DNA of 63,283 nt, filler included, from Basidiobolus ranarum (GCA_040143965.1; 18 parts of 18 records of this genome joined end to end with filler, not necessarily neighbours in it), one strand, 5' to 3'; positions 11,880 to 23,093 are shown, numbered from the whole stretch's first letter. Translations and numbers: made by a program. The notes: a model not told the origin generated them from the sequence alone.

Positions 11880-12824
11880 ATGGGTCTCTTCAAATACGGT
11901 ATCGTTCTTATCCAAGCAATCTCCATCTTGATGGTAGATCAAAGTTCTGCTTTTGTGTACAAAACCTCACAAAGCATTTCTAGCAAGAGCTGGGAGAATG
12001 TCCAAGATCTTGGCTTTTCTCGCATCTCTGTTGGCTTAGATGATGCAGCTTGGGCTATTACTGCGGGACAAGAACTTTATCGTAATACTGATGGTAAGAG
12101 ATGGGCACGTATCCCTGGAAGTCTTTCAGATATTTCTGCTATTAATGCTAATGTGGCTTGGGGAGTTAGTCCAAACAATATCATTTACCGTTATCAAAAT
12201 GGTCAATGGTTTGTAATTAATGGTAAGCTGACCACTGTTTCAGCTGCAGTTCACGACGAGTATGTGCAAAATGTAGAGCATATTTGGGGAATTAGTCCAT
12301 CAAATACACTCTGGTATTGCTACTACCAAAGGACTACTCGAGGCTGCGCCTGGAAAAATATAAACAAGCCAAACCAGTTGCGAGTCATGGCTGTAGCGTC
12401 TGCCGGAGATGGCACAGCTTTTGCTTTGTTTGATGTACGTGATGCTACCGGATATGTAATGTATAGGTGGAATGGCCAAAGTTGGTCACTGATCGATGAA
12501 CGTCTTGTTCAAATCCAAGCAACTTCAAACCGTCGTATTATAGGTGTTAATGCTCTTGGTGAAGTTCGCAAATTCAATCTTGATGACAACACTTGGACTA
12601 CCATCAATAGTTTCAGCAGCACCAGATCCTTCTTTGCCGCTGCGGGTGTAAATGCTTGGATTTTATCTACACAACAATTAGATTGTGTTACTGGTTCTGT
12701 GGCTGTTTGTTACGAGTGGGTAGGAGAGGGGGGTCGTGGTGGTTGTTGTGGGGGTCCGCGTGCAATTTATGGAAGTGAAACTGATGTTACTTATGAGACA
12801 GTCTACGAAACTATCGATGGATAG
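11880..12824 (+). CDS. Secreted tectonin-type (TECPR) beta-propeller lectin, 314 aa, intronless
   Basis: Hydrophobic N-terminus; repeated blades of about 35-45 aa (RISVG..AWAI...LYR...W.RIPGSLSDISA...AWGVS..NIIYRY...W..INGKL..VS); TATAAA near 11768; AATAAA at 12851. Confidence 0.85.
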   Translation: MGLFKYGIVLIQAISILMVDQSSAFVYKTSQSISSKSWENVQDLGFSRISVGLDDAAWAITAGQELYRNTDGKRWARIPGSLSDISAINANVAWGVSPNNIIYRYQNGQWFVINGKLTTVSAAVHDEYVQNVEHIWGISPSNTLWYCYYQRTTRGCAWKNINKPNQLRVMAVASAGDGTAFALFDVRDATGYVMYRWNGQSWSLIDERLVQIQATSNRRIIGVNALGEVRKFNLDDNTWTTINSFSSTRSFFAAAGVNAWILSTQQLDCVTGSVAVCYEWVGEGGRGGCCGGPRAIYGSETDVTYETVYETIDG

Positions 12825-13288
12825 ATGTGTACTTCATCAATGCGAAGGTTAATAAATCGGTTTAAAAAAAAGAACTTTATAACATTTGATGGTTTCTACT
12901 CATTGTGTGAAAGTTATCTTACAATACAAAGTGCTCTTAGTTATTTGCAGGAAATTTCTTTCAAATATTAGATTGATTTTACTGGTGACTAGGAAAGTAG
13001 TGCATATTGTCCAATAATGATCAGAAATTCATAATTTACAGATGGGTGAATTTGGCGAGTATTTACTGAATTCCGGATTGACAAGCTGAGCCAAATCTTA
13101 GTGGTACATTTGGTGGGACAGAAAAGCCAAACAAACATGTCCAAAAATGGTAAGATCTGGTCTACTAACCAAGCCTTTGGCTGTAATTTGAAAAAATCAG
13201 GCTTAAACAAATATTATACCCTTATCTTTCTTTCAACTAGCGAGTGGAATTTATTTACCAAACTTCTCTAAAGAGAAAGTATTGAACC

Positions 13289-14034
13289 ATGTTGAACTAT
13301 CTGAACTTCCCCATACTTTTGCTTATAATCACCATATACCCTGACCAAGTAGAGGCCATCGGACCATTTAGCAATACGGCTTTAACTGTAATACTGCTGA
13401 CAGTGCTACTTGTGTCAATAGTTGGAATCTTTCTATGTCGAACCCTTGGATCAAAATGTCAAAGAGAATCAGATACCCTTGGAGTTTCTCAAGTGGAAGT
13501 ATACGACACAGACCCAAAGACAATACAGGGCTCTATCGTTCCGTCGTATTGGACAGATGCAGATATTCGTAGCTATCTCTTGGCACGTACTTTTGAGCAA
13601 CAATTCCCGCCTAAGGATCCGGATATTACTTCAGAGCAATTCTCTTTAATAAATGAAAGAGGCGTAGGTGCATGGGAAATGGAAAAGTACTCATACATGA
13701 ATGTAATGATTAGAGAAAACACCGAAGTGACCTTTCTGAGTGATGAATGTTGTGTTCAAAGCAATTTACCATTTCCCCAATGGGAAGACGTGTGCTATTA
13801 TGAGGTGAAGATTTTTGAGAAACCTGCAGATACAATGGTGGCTATCGGGGTAGCATCCAAACCATACCCTTCTTGGCGATTTCCAGGTAACTTGTTCAAT
13901 TTTTGACTGGGTTTCCTATCAGAATTCTTAGAATTTCTTAGTTTTAAATAGGCATTCAGTAGGCTATTATTCCACAGGCCAGAAGTATTGCAACGATTCC
14001 TTTGAAGGAAAACCTTATGGATCTTTGTACAACG
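13289..14034 (+). CDS. SSH4: SSH4/EAR1-like membrane-anchored SPRY-domain protein; probable intron 13887-13941; truncated by contig end
   Basis: N-terminal TM segment; I.ERGVGAWE, VQSNLP, YYEVKIFE, AIG.A.KPYP.WRFP; after the intron RHSVGYYSTGQKYCNDSFEGKPYG. Confidence 0.8.
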
Positions 14035-14134
14035 NNNNNNNNNNNNNNNNNNNNNNNNNNNNNNNNNNNNNNNNNNNNTTAATTAATTAANNNNNNNNNN
14101 NNNNNNNNNNNNNNNNNNNNNNNNNNNNNNNNNN

Positions 14135-14245
14135 TTCATAGTAAACTATAAATAGGACATATTCAATTTAATAAAACTTAAGTGTCTAATTCACAAATCC
14201 AAATCTTGTCCAAAACACTTCCAAATCCCCTAAACACTTTTATCA
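14135..14245 (+). repeat. 3' part of copia LTR family A
   Basis: Near-identical to 4060-4170; ends CACTTTTATCA. Confidence 0.85.
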
Positions 14246-14249
14246 ATAA

Positions 14250-15520
14250 TTTCAATTAAGTTAAATGATCCTCCTTCTGAATGGCATAAGAGTCATTATA
14301 TTTTGCTACTATTTTTCATATCTGGATCTAAATCACCAGTGCTAATAGATAGCTTCATGGAGCCTTTGATTGCAGAATTTGATTAGGTATCTAATGGGGT
14401 TCAGATGGGTGAATATTTTTACAGCTAATATATGCTATATATTTTGTCAAATCAATGGAGTTTACTCTATCAGAAATATGCATTACTGCCATCCAAATAC
14501 ACCACTAAATTTCATGCCTTCCCCGTGAAGAGCCTAGTCACAATTCAACATTCTTACTGATATCAATTCACCAAATAGTCAATCTGACATCAAACTTGCT
14601 ATTAGGCATAAGTCAAAGATTATATTTGGTAAAGGGGATCAAATGGAGCCAGAGCCTCCTCTTAGGCATATGCACTTACTTATCAACAACATTCCAATTC
14701 TACTTACTCAGTTAAATAGTGGAAAATATATCATGAATGATCCATTTGAAATAGGAACAAAGTTTTAAATGATTGTTAAACTACTTGAAAACATCAAGAT
14801 AGCATCATATTTATCACAACTCCCATAAACATCAACTCATCAAGGCATTTATTCAAATGCAAAGACTGCAAGTATTTTATATGTACATATTCAGAATCTT
14901 GAAAGGATTTCTAGCTGATAAGTATTGGCAACCTTGGGAGTTGTTTGTGGATATTGTTAATATATTCCTATGTAATCAACTGACATTGACCAATCTCAGG
15001 CAGATACAGCAACTGTGGGATGATTCTATAATTGGATATAAAAGACTTTATTGGAGGTTCAAAGAAGACATACTGAATTTATGCTGGCATTCAATACATT
15101 GCCTGCTGCATCCTTCACAATGCTTAGCAATTACAGGCCCTTGCTATACATTTTGAGAGTTCCCAATGGAGCACACATGCAGTTAATTGATGTGCTGTGT
15201 GAAATTGTCAGTATTACTATATGCTAATTTGATTAACAATGTATTAGCAAAATCAGCAATGGATGTAATGTGATGAGCTTGAAAACTCCAGGGTATATTA
15301 ACCTTTGAACAAAGGGATCTCTTCAATGTGCTCATGGGTTTTTGCATTGTTTGAGCTCAATAACAGCAACATAACTCAATCCATGGACACAGGGTAAGTA
15401 CCTCACCATCAAAATCCCTGATAGAATGCAGGCAACCAATATTGTGATGGTTCCCTAATAGTTTTGCAATCAAGAAGGGTGGATCCAATCTGAATCAAAT
15501 TGATTTTATTATTGTTAGAG
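14250..15520 (+). mobile_element. Decayed, internally deleted CACTA/EnSpm Tnp2-type transposase with end B
   Basis: LNDPPSE.HK...LLLFFISGSKSP..IDSFMEPLIAEF...NGV is the Transposase_21/Tnp2 core; then MHLL.NN, KYWQPWELFVDIV, GPCYTF; ends ATTGTTAGAG. Confidence 0.8.
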
Positions 15521-15899
15521 ACTTTATTGCCTAAAATTCCCTCCATTGCATATACTAAAATTTCTGTTTGCATTTACTATGCTAATTATCTCAATCATAT
15601 GTAATTGCATGGATATTCTATAATAAACTGTGTCAGCAAATTTAATCATATTTCAATCTGAATCAACTTATTTTGAATACATATCAAAATGGCTCAATGC
15701 CGAATACATCATGGTAGCTCACATTGTAGGAAATTAACTTTGCCATTTTTATCAATAATATGAAAAAATCCCTAATTCTGATTGAAACCATTAAAGTCTA
15801 ACATAATTCATATATATATGGTAGTAACAAATCATATCAAAGCAGATTATTCCTGATTCACAAACTACTTAGGTACTGTACACCACCACTTCCAAAATT

Positions 15900-16715
15900 T
15901 TGTGCATGCAGTCATATGAAGGTGTAGAAGGCATGAAGCTGCATGTGCCTAATGCTTTTATAGATGCCCATGTGCCCACTATGAATTTTTGCTTGGATAT
16001 ATAGTAGTTATTCATAAACAGCACAGAAGCTGGGGAAGAGGGCATCAGACAAAAGTGGAAGCAGCTTTTGACTCTGCTTTGGAGAGAACACTATATCTTT
16101 GTCCCTTCAGAAGTCTGCAAGAGAATATACAATATGACTCATGAGGATAGAAAGTGCAAATTGAGAAATAAGAATTTTGATTTTGAGTCCACAAAGACAC
16201 AATTCCAATCACATTTTAGCTTGTATGGACTAGAAGTAACCATTGCAGCTTCAACTTCAGAGACAAGAGATGTTCTAAATAGATATCTACCACTGCTCAA
16301 TGAGACTTTGCAGCAACTGTTGATGGAGGTTGCAGAGTTCAAAACAGCATTTCAGGATACTATAGCAAGAGTAATCACCAGAGAGCTAAAGAGAAAAGCA
16401 AGACAACTTACTGAATCAGAAGATATTCCCAAAGGCAAATTGGCACAGTTCAGACCATTGCACAGACATACCAAATCACTCCAAATCAAAGAGAGTCCTG
16501 ATATAATATCTTTTTCACTAGATGAATTTACACAACTCACCACTAGATTTGAGGTAACACCTCCAGCAAGGGCATGAGCCCAAAAAGTTGGTTCATCAGC
16601 TAGTAGCACTAATTGACACAAATGCCCACAAGGAAGAGCCTGTGATGTTCCTCCCATTTTTAATGAACAGTAAGCTGTCAATGAGGAACTCCAAGAGGGT
16701 GGCCAGCACTCTCAC
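15900..16715 (+). pseudogene. Unclassified repeat-borne ORF (includes the 169-aa ORF 16068-16577)
   Basis: Long, nearly open frame in CpG-free DNA; divergent homologue at 4760-5690; no recognisable domain. Confidence 0.5.
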
Positions 16716-16937
16716 ACATCATTGTGTACTTTGAAATGGGCTGAGAGTTCAAGCAGAAGGCTACTGAATTGATTTGCTTAATAATCTTAAAAGGCCCTAG
16801 TCTTTTATGATCTAGCTTTTTGCTAGGTCTAGTGTTTCATATTTCTTTGGGGTGGCCATACAAAATCTCCTGGCTTCATATCAAGGCTTCACTTTCTTTG
16901 CTTATCAGCAAAGTTCTTGCATTGTGATTGAGATTGC
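16715..16937 (-). mobile_element. Ty3/gypsy integrase C-terminal fragment
   Basis: KNFADKQRK...PGDFVW...KLDHKRLGPFKIIKQINSVAF; homologous to 26900-27120. Confidence 0.8.
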
Positions 16938-17663
16938 AAAATTTTGGAAGTGGTGGTTTCCTGTACCAAAGTAGGTTGTGAATCAGGAAGAATCTGCTCT
17001 GACATGATACGTAACTACCATATATATCTATGATGTTAGACTTTATTGGTTTCAATCAGAATTAGATATCTTTTTATATTATTGGTTGAAATGTCAAAGT
17101 TAAGTTTCTATAGTGTGATCAAGCATAATGCATTCCGCTTTGAGCCGTTTCAATATATGTGCTAAATAAATTGATTTGGATTGAACTATGATTAACTTTG
17201 CTGATGCAGTTTATTATATAATTTCCATGCAATTACACATAATTGAAATAATTAGGATAATAAACGCAAACAGAAATTTTATTATACAGAATGTAGGGAA
17301 TTTTACCATGATAATTGAAATTCTTAGATAAATAACTTGCATGCGCCAGATCAATCAGTATCATGCCAGCTCAATACAAGATTATTATCATGCTCTCCAT
17401 CTACTCTAAATGGTCATTCCTTATCAATCCAAAAGCAACTACTGGCTTTCCTATCACCTATTATTTAAGTTGTTTGTGAATGGCTTTCAACCTACTTTCA
17501 CATTCGAAGGGAGGGAGACCATTCGGGGTTCTGGATATATGCACACAATGGTTTGACCTTGAGNNNNNNNNNNNNNNNNNNNNNNNNNNNNNNNNNNNNN
17601 NNNNNNNTTAATTAATTAANNNNNNNNNNNNNNNNNNNNNNNNNNNNNNNNNNNNNNNNNNNN

Positions 17664-18380
17664 AACCTCAACTGGAACTTTTCAAAGTGTTGAAATTAGC
17701 CGCAAAGTTGAAGGCAAGCAAAAAGCTGCACAAACACCACAACGCACCCTCAGTAGTGTCACACTACAATGATGTACAAAAATTGTCAAAGTGCTTGAGG
17801 AGTATTTTCAAAAGTATGAATGGAAAACTGCAGTGCAAATATGCAGAAAGTGGCTTCAGAAGAAGAACATTCAACTTGAAATTTAGTCTGGTGTTGATTG
17901 TGCAGATATCTGGGAAGAACTTAATACAGAGTGGCACAATATTGCAGGGTATCCGCCATATAGCTGGAAGAATGTTGATTCAGCAACATTAATACAATGG
18001 TGGGCTTTGATGGAGATATTGATCCAAACTTGTGTTGGGTATGAGCTAAACCTTGGGTATGAAGAACTCTATAAAAATATTCAGGAGATTCTATCAAAGA
18101 GCCTAGAGATTTTGAAGGTGACAAATTAGTGTTCAAGTGGTAATTGTGTAAAACTTGAGTTACATTTTTTGCACATGTGTTGATCCATAGTTCTCTGAGA
18201 TTGTAGCCAATCATGCGCAACTATTTTGCAAGATCTTGAAATTTCACTCCTGAAACTGAAAAAATTGATTAAATCAAATCTAACTTGACAATTTTATGAT
18301 GGTAAGTAAACAGTTAATCCTAAATGGATTAAAACTGTGATAGTTTTCCTAAAATAACAATTCTCAAATTTCTGTTAGGG
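17664..18380 (+). mobile_element. CACTA-like end A with decayed accessory ORF (over 200 codons, in-frame stops)
   Basis: Single frame TSTGTFQSVEISRK...IWEELNTEWHNIAGYPPYSWKNVDS...LEISLLKLKKLIKS broken only by TGA/TAG; ends TCTGTTAGGG at 18380. Confidence 0.65.
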
Positions 18381-19120
18381 ACCCACCATAGCACAACTGA
18401 AGCATAGTACATGGCAGCATCACATACAACAAAGGAGGCTATGTGGTTAAGCAAACTGTTCAAAGACTTTGGCATTTTCAAAGTTCTCTCACCATAATTT
18501 TCAAGGATAATCAAAGTTGTATTTATTTAGCTAAAAATCCCAAATTTCATGCTGGAAGTGAGCACATTGGCATTCAACATTGCTTTGTTAGGTAAGCTAT
18601 TAAGAATAAGCATGTCCAATTACAGTACTGTCCAACTGAGGACATGCTTGCTGACATCCTTACCAAACCATTACCCAAGCCAAAATTTGAAGAATTAAGA
18701 TTTAAGTTAGTACTAAGATATATGAGTCTTTAGTTGAGTAGGAGTGTTGAAGCTTATTGTCTTTATCTTATTTGTTATCTATATCTTTATACACCTAAAT
18801 ATTTCATATAACATATATAAGTTAGTTAGCATTACTCTAGTCAAATATCACTTACCGATAATTGGAACATATATTGTATATATGTGAATAATTGGAGAAT
18901 TAGCATATCTATATTTGAAATTTCAAACTCCTCCAAGTTGCCCAATAGATAGCTCATTTTACTCCCACAGATGTTCTGAACACAACCCCAGTGTTAGTTT
19001 TCTGTATTTCCACAAAAATATATAAATGCTTTATTTCTGGACAATAAATACTTATCCCACAAAGCTATTCACAACTCCACTTTTCTAAAGTTCCTCCAAA
19101 CAGCCCATGTTTTCTCAATA
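18381..19120 (+). mobile_element. Ty1/copia family C 3' end: RNase H relic, PPT and 3' LTR (18745-19120)
   Basis: EAMWL.KLF...DNQSCI.LAKNPKFH...YCPTEDMLADILTKPL, then GTTGAGTAGGAG, then TGTTGAAG...TCAATA. Confidence 0.88.
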
Positions 19121-19124
19121 GATT

Positions 19125-20760
19125 TTACCATCAAGAGCATGGTCTGATTTCAGCATGAGCACTGATATTAATTTGCCAAATAGTCAGTCTAACATCAAAC
19201 TTGGTGTTAGCCATAAGCTTAAGATTATATTGTTGAAGGGGATCAGCTGAAGCCAGAGCTTCCTATTAGGCACTATGCACTTACTATTCAACAACATTCC
19301 AATACTTCTTACTCAGCTATATAGTGGAAGATTAAATATGAATAAGCCATTCAATATAGGATCAAAGTTTGAATCAATTGGGAGAATGCTTGAAAACATC
19401 AAAATACCATCATATTTGACCAGGATTCCCATTAATATCCACTCATCTAGGCATTTATGAAAATGCAAAGACTGGAAGTATTAGATTTGTGTATTTTCAA
19501 GTTGAATCTTGAAAAGATTTCTGCCTGATAAGTATTGGCAACATTGGGAGTTACTTGTGGATATTGTTAATATATTCTTATGGCATCAAATCACATTGGC
19601 AGATCTCAGGTAGATATAGCAACTATGTGAAGATTTTGTAATTGGATATGAAAAACTTTATTACAGGTTTAAAGACAATAGACTGAATCTATGCCAGTAT
19701 TCATTAAATTCCCTGCTCCATCTTTCACAATACTTAGAGATTATAGGCCCTTGCTATACATTCTGGGAGTTTGCAATGGAGTGCACCTGCAGTGAAATGA
19801 TGCTTCATGTGAAATAGTCAGTATTATCATATGCTAATCTGATTGGCAATGTATCAGCAAAATCAGCAACGGATGTAACGTAATGGGTTAAGGAGACTTC
19901 GGAATGAATTAACCTTCCAACAAAGGGCCCTTTTCAATGTGCTCATGGGTTTTGCATTGTTTGAACACAATAACAGCAACAAAGCCCAATCCATGGACAC
20001 AGAGTGAGTACCTCTATAATTTGGCCTAATTTGTTTGTGTAATAATCTGATGGTATTTCTAGGAAAGCTGAAAGATAGACTTCTTGGTGAGATAGATCAA
20101 GATATGCCATATTATTGTTTTGGCCATGAGGTAATCTATTCAAGCAATGATTTACCTACTTGTGGCAGGACACTTGTTGACTGCAAGTCAGGACATATCA
20201 GCTCAATTCTTTATGGAAATTTGCCAAAATCCAAAAGCTTTTTCTCATTGTGAGTGGTAAAAAGAGTCAGCTATTTGCCAAGTGTCAGTGCTATTCAAAA
20301 TTTCAGATGTTTGGCAAATTTTCCATCATTAGTTTGCTGGTAAAGTATATTAATGTTGTTGAGTTAAGTCTGATCAGTCAAGTATGTGCATATGCAGAGA
20401 CTAAACACAATGAGATTCTTGTGTTTTTTTGATTCTCATTATGGCTGGAATTCAAAGCCAAAAATATCTAAATAAAGGCATGCAAATTAATTCAAATTCC
20501 TACAGCAGTAAACCCAGTAATTTGCCATTCAAAAATTAAATTTTTGCAACATTTGCCAGAAATTAATAATGCATGCCAAATCCAAGGATCAATATTTTAT
20601 CATGTACAAATACAATTAAAATACCATCAAGAAACCACTGTCACACCATCATAATCTCTGGCAGAAAGCAAGCCACCAACATTGTAACAGTTCTCTGATG
20701 GTTTTGCAACTTCAAGGGGTGGATCTGATCTGGATCAAGTTGATTTTATTTTTGTTAGGG
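19125..20760 (+). mobile_element. Decayed CACTA/EnSpm Tnp2-type transposase, C-terminal part and end B
   Basis: Colinear with 311-1698 and 14550-15520; ends TTTTTGTTAGGG at 20760. Confidence 0.8.
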
Positions 20761-20962
20761 CATTGGGAACTCCCAAAATGTATAGCAAGGGCCTATAATC
20801 TCTAAGCAATGCAAAAGATGCAGCAGGGAATGTATTGAATACTAGCATAGATTCAGTTTAACTTCTCCAAGCCTGGAACAAAGTCTTTCATATCCAATTA
20901 CAAAGTATTTGCACATTTGCTGTATCTGCCTGAGATCAGCTAATATGAGTTGACACCATAAG

Positions 20963-21091
20963 TGTCATGATTCTGCTCTTGGCGTACTGATCCACTACCA
21001 ATAGAACTTCTCTATTATTAGATTATGACATCATAACTGCTGTGCCATCCCTTCTTGGCAATCTGATGTCAGTTAATCCAGATTACCTTAT
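20963..21091 (+). repeat. 5' part of a Ty3/gypsy LTR
   Basis: TGTCATGATTCTG...; matches the LTR that follows the gypsy PPT at 27431. Confidence 0.75.
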
Positions 21092-21193
21092 NNNNNNNNN
21101 NNNNNNNNNNNNNNNNNNNNNNNNNNNNNNNNNNNTTAATTAATTAANNNNNNNNNNNNNNNNNNNNNNNNNNNNNNNNNNNNNNNNNNNNTT

Positions 21194-21988
21194 CACGAGG
21201 ACTTTGAGCCGCCACATACCCGAGCGGAAGCTCACCATGCTAAGGACCGGAACTCCCGAATGACGGGGGTAGCCCCCAACCCACGACTAAGAGTTTTAGC
21301 TGTCTCAGAGAATGGCTATTCTCATGTGAACAAGGAAATAGCATTCGCGCATGGGATGCAAAATACTATGTTCGGGTTGGGTGACCCACAGATGCACAAC
21401 AACAAAAGCTCCCCATATTTTTTGGGTGGCTATTTCCCCGACAATCAACCAGCCACGTATTTCAAACCTGCTTTAATACAATCAAAATACAAACAGCTTT
21501 ATTATACTCCATCGAAGAGGTTACCGCTATTTCAAGCTGTATTCCACGATAGTGTGATTACTACAAATCACTGGCTGCTTGACAACCTAAAGCTCCAGAA
21601 TATCCAGTCTGATGCCGAGTTGCTGCAAATGTTGTACAATGTACCTCCAATGGTGCATTTAAATTTGGCTACCTCCGATACTAGAATTCAATATCTACTC
21701 CGCATTGACGCTTTCTTCCGGCCTTTACATGAGAGATTAGCGTTCCAGTCTTTGATAGATTTCGAATGGCTATCTAACGACCGTATGGTTCAGGCCACCA
21801 AATTCCAAGATGGAACCAAGTTGATCGCAAACTTCGGTGACCAGTCATATGGTTTGAGCAGCGGTTACGGTCGTAGCCAAACATGCGATTTTGCTGATCA
21901 AACATGTGTCGAGCCCCACTCCATTGTGGCCCTGCTCAAAAATGGTGAAGTTCTTCGGTATAAAAGTGGATCTATTCCCACGCTCTGA
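21194..21988 (+). CDS. Bacterial-type glycoside hydrolase (Glyco_hydro_129-related), C-terminal part; 5' truncated by contig start
   Basis: Frame open from the contig edge. Motifs SENG...IAFAHG.Q...FG..D..M...SPYFLG.YFP...P..YFK, RLPLFQAVFHDSVIT..HW..D.LK, LYNVPP, F.PLHE.L, F.WL..D..VQ.T.F.DG..LIANF; AATAAA downstream. Confidence 0.75.
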   Translation, partial: HEDFEPPHTRAEAHHAKDRNSRMTGVAPNPRLRVLAVSENGYSHVNKEIAFAHGMQNTMFGLGDPQMHNNKSSPYFLGGYFPDNQPATYFKPALIQSKYKQLYYTPSKRLPLFQAVFHDSVITTNHWLLDNLKLQNIQSDAELLQMLYNVPPMVHLNLATSDTRIQYLLRIDAFFRPLHERLAFQSLIDFEWLSNDRMVQATKFQDGTKLIANFGDQSYGLSSGYGRSQTCDFADQTCVEPHSIVALLKNGEVLRYKSGSIPTL

Positions 21989-22907
21989 GATCAGTCCAAG
22001 TTCACCACTTACTAGATATAGAATCCTCAAGATTACCAGCGCAGACGTTTCTAGCTTGCTATATCTGATGCGTTAGTAATTTAATGGCCAATAAATGTAC
22101 CCACTTGACCTGAAGCGAATAAAGACACTGCTTCTTAGCGTTACAAACCACTCTTTTATCAGTCCAATACCACGCTTAATACCAACATCAAGCCCTAACT
22201 TGTTTATTCCTACAGATGCTTGATAGATCGCTATGCCTCAGCAAGAAACTCATACCAAGTACAAAACAGGTATAGGAGCCACCAATTCAATAGGACCAGA
22301 AAGAGAAGTTTTCTGTTATACACCTACATGTATATATTGCTACTCTTTTTGATGACTGGCTTATCAACCTTCCCAGATGTCACAAAATTCCATTTTCTTA
22401 CGCAATGGGCTTTGCTTTGTGCTACCTTGCACGATATTACGAAATTTAAACACCACTTGGTTTAGAATATAAAGGAGAAACCCAGCCAAAGAGCTTGGAG
22501 TATTAGTATGCGTCATTTTACATTAGAGATGCAATCAAACAACTGATTTCTCATTTGCCGAATTATCATAAGGGCGAGTGAGGTACCAGATTACAGGTCA
22601 TGCAGCATAGGGCGGAAAACCAATATTCGCAATACTGGATTAGGTGAGGATCAGCGTATATCACGTCTGTGCAACGTTGAGTGGGATTACAAAGTGATTA
22701 TCAAATCATTTGACGGTTACTTGAGAATTTACCGAACTACAGGACCAGTATCACTGAACACATTTAACAAGGTGCTTCATTCTAGCTTTCAATTTGACAT
22801 GATTATTCGAACCAAGTAGTATATTTTATACGTTTATTCAAAGTCGCAGATAAATTCAGCTTAAATCATTTCACTTATCAGTACTTCGATCTCTTGCTTA
22901 TCGGTGC

Positions 22908-23093
22908 CTAGCATCCTCCGAAGAAGCAGCAACGGTCTCCTTTGGGTCCACATCCATATGCGTGGCAGCAGCCGAGAGCACCTACTTTATCGTCAGTCTT
23001 GTCTTTGATCTCTACTGCGACGGGAGTGGCTTTGACAGATACTGCAATCACCATAACAGTGCTGAAGAGAGCGGCGACGGTGGAGAATTTCAT
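22908..23093 (-). CDS. Small secreted cysteine-rich peptide precursor (61 aa)
   Basis: MKFSTVAALFSTVMVIAVSVKA signal, charged pro-region, C-terminal GCCHAYGCGPKGDRCCFFGGC. TATAAA about 60 bp upstream (23153-23158) and AATAAA about 70 bp downstream. CpG-retaining, gene-like codons. Confidence 0.85.
   Translation of the reverse strand: MKFSTVAALFSTVMVIAVSVKATPVAVEIKDKTDDKVGALGCCHAYGCGPKGDRCCFFGGC

Larger units (their letters stand above)
15532..17305. repeat. Imperfect inverted repeat of about 370 bp (15532-15900 versus 16938-17305)
   Basis: CACCACCACTTCCAAAATTT pairs with AAATTTTGGAAGTGGTGG; TAAAATTTCTGTTTGC pairs with GCAAACAGAAATTTTA; colinear along the whole length. Confidence 0.85.

Noticed and set aside
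21194-23093. GH129-like gene and Cys-rich peptide as a functional two-gene system
   Set aside because: They are convergent neighbours on one contig, but nothing in the sequence links their functions; reported separately.
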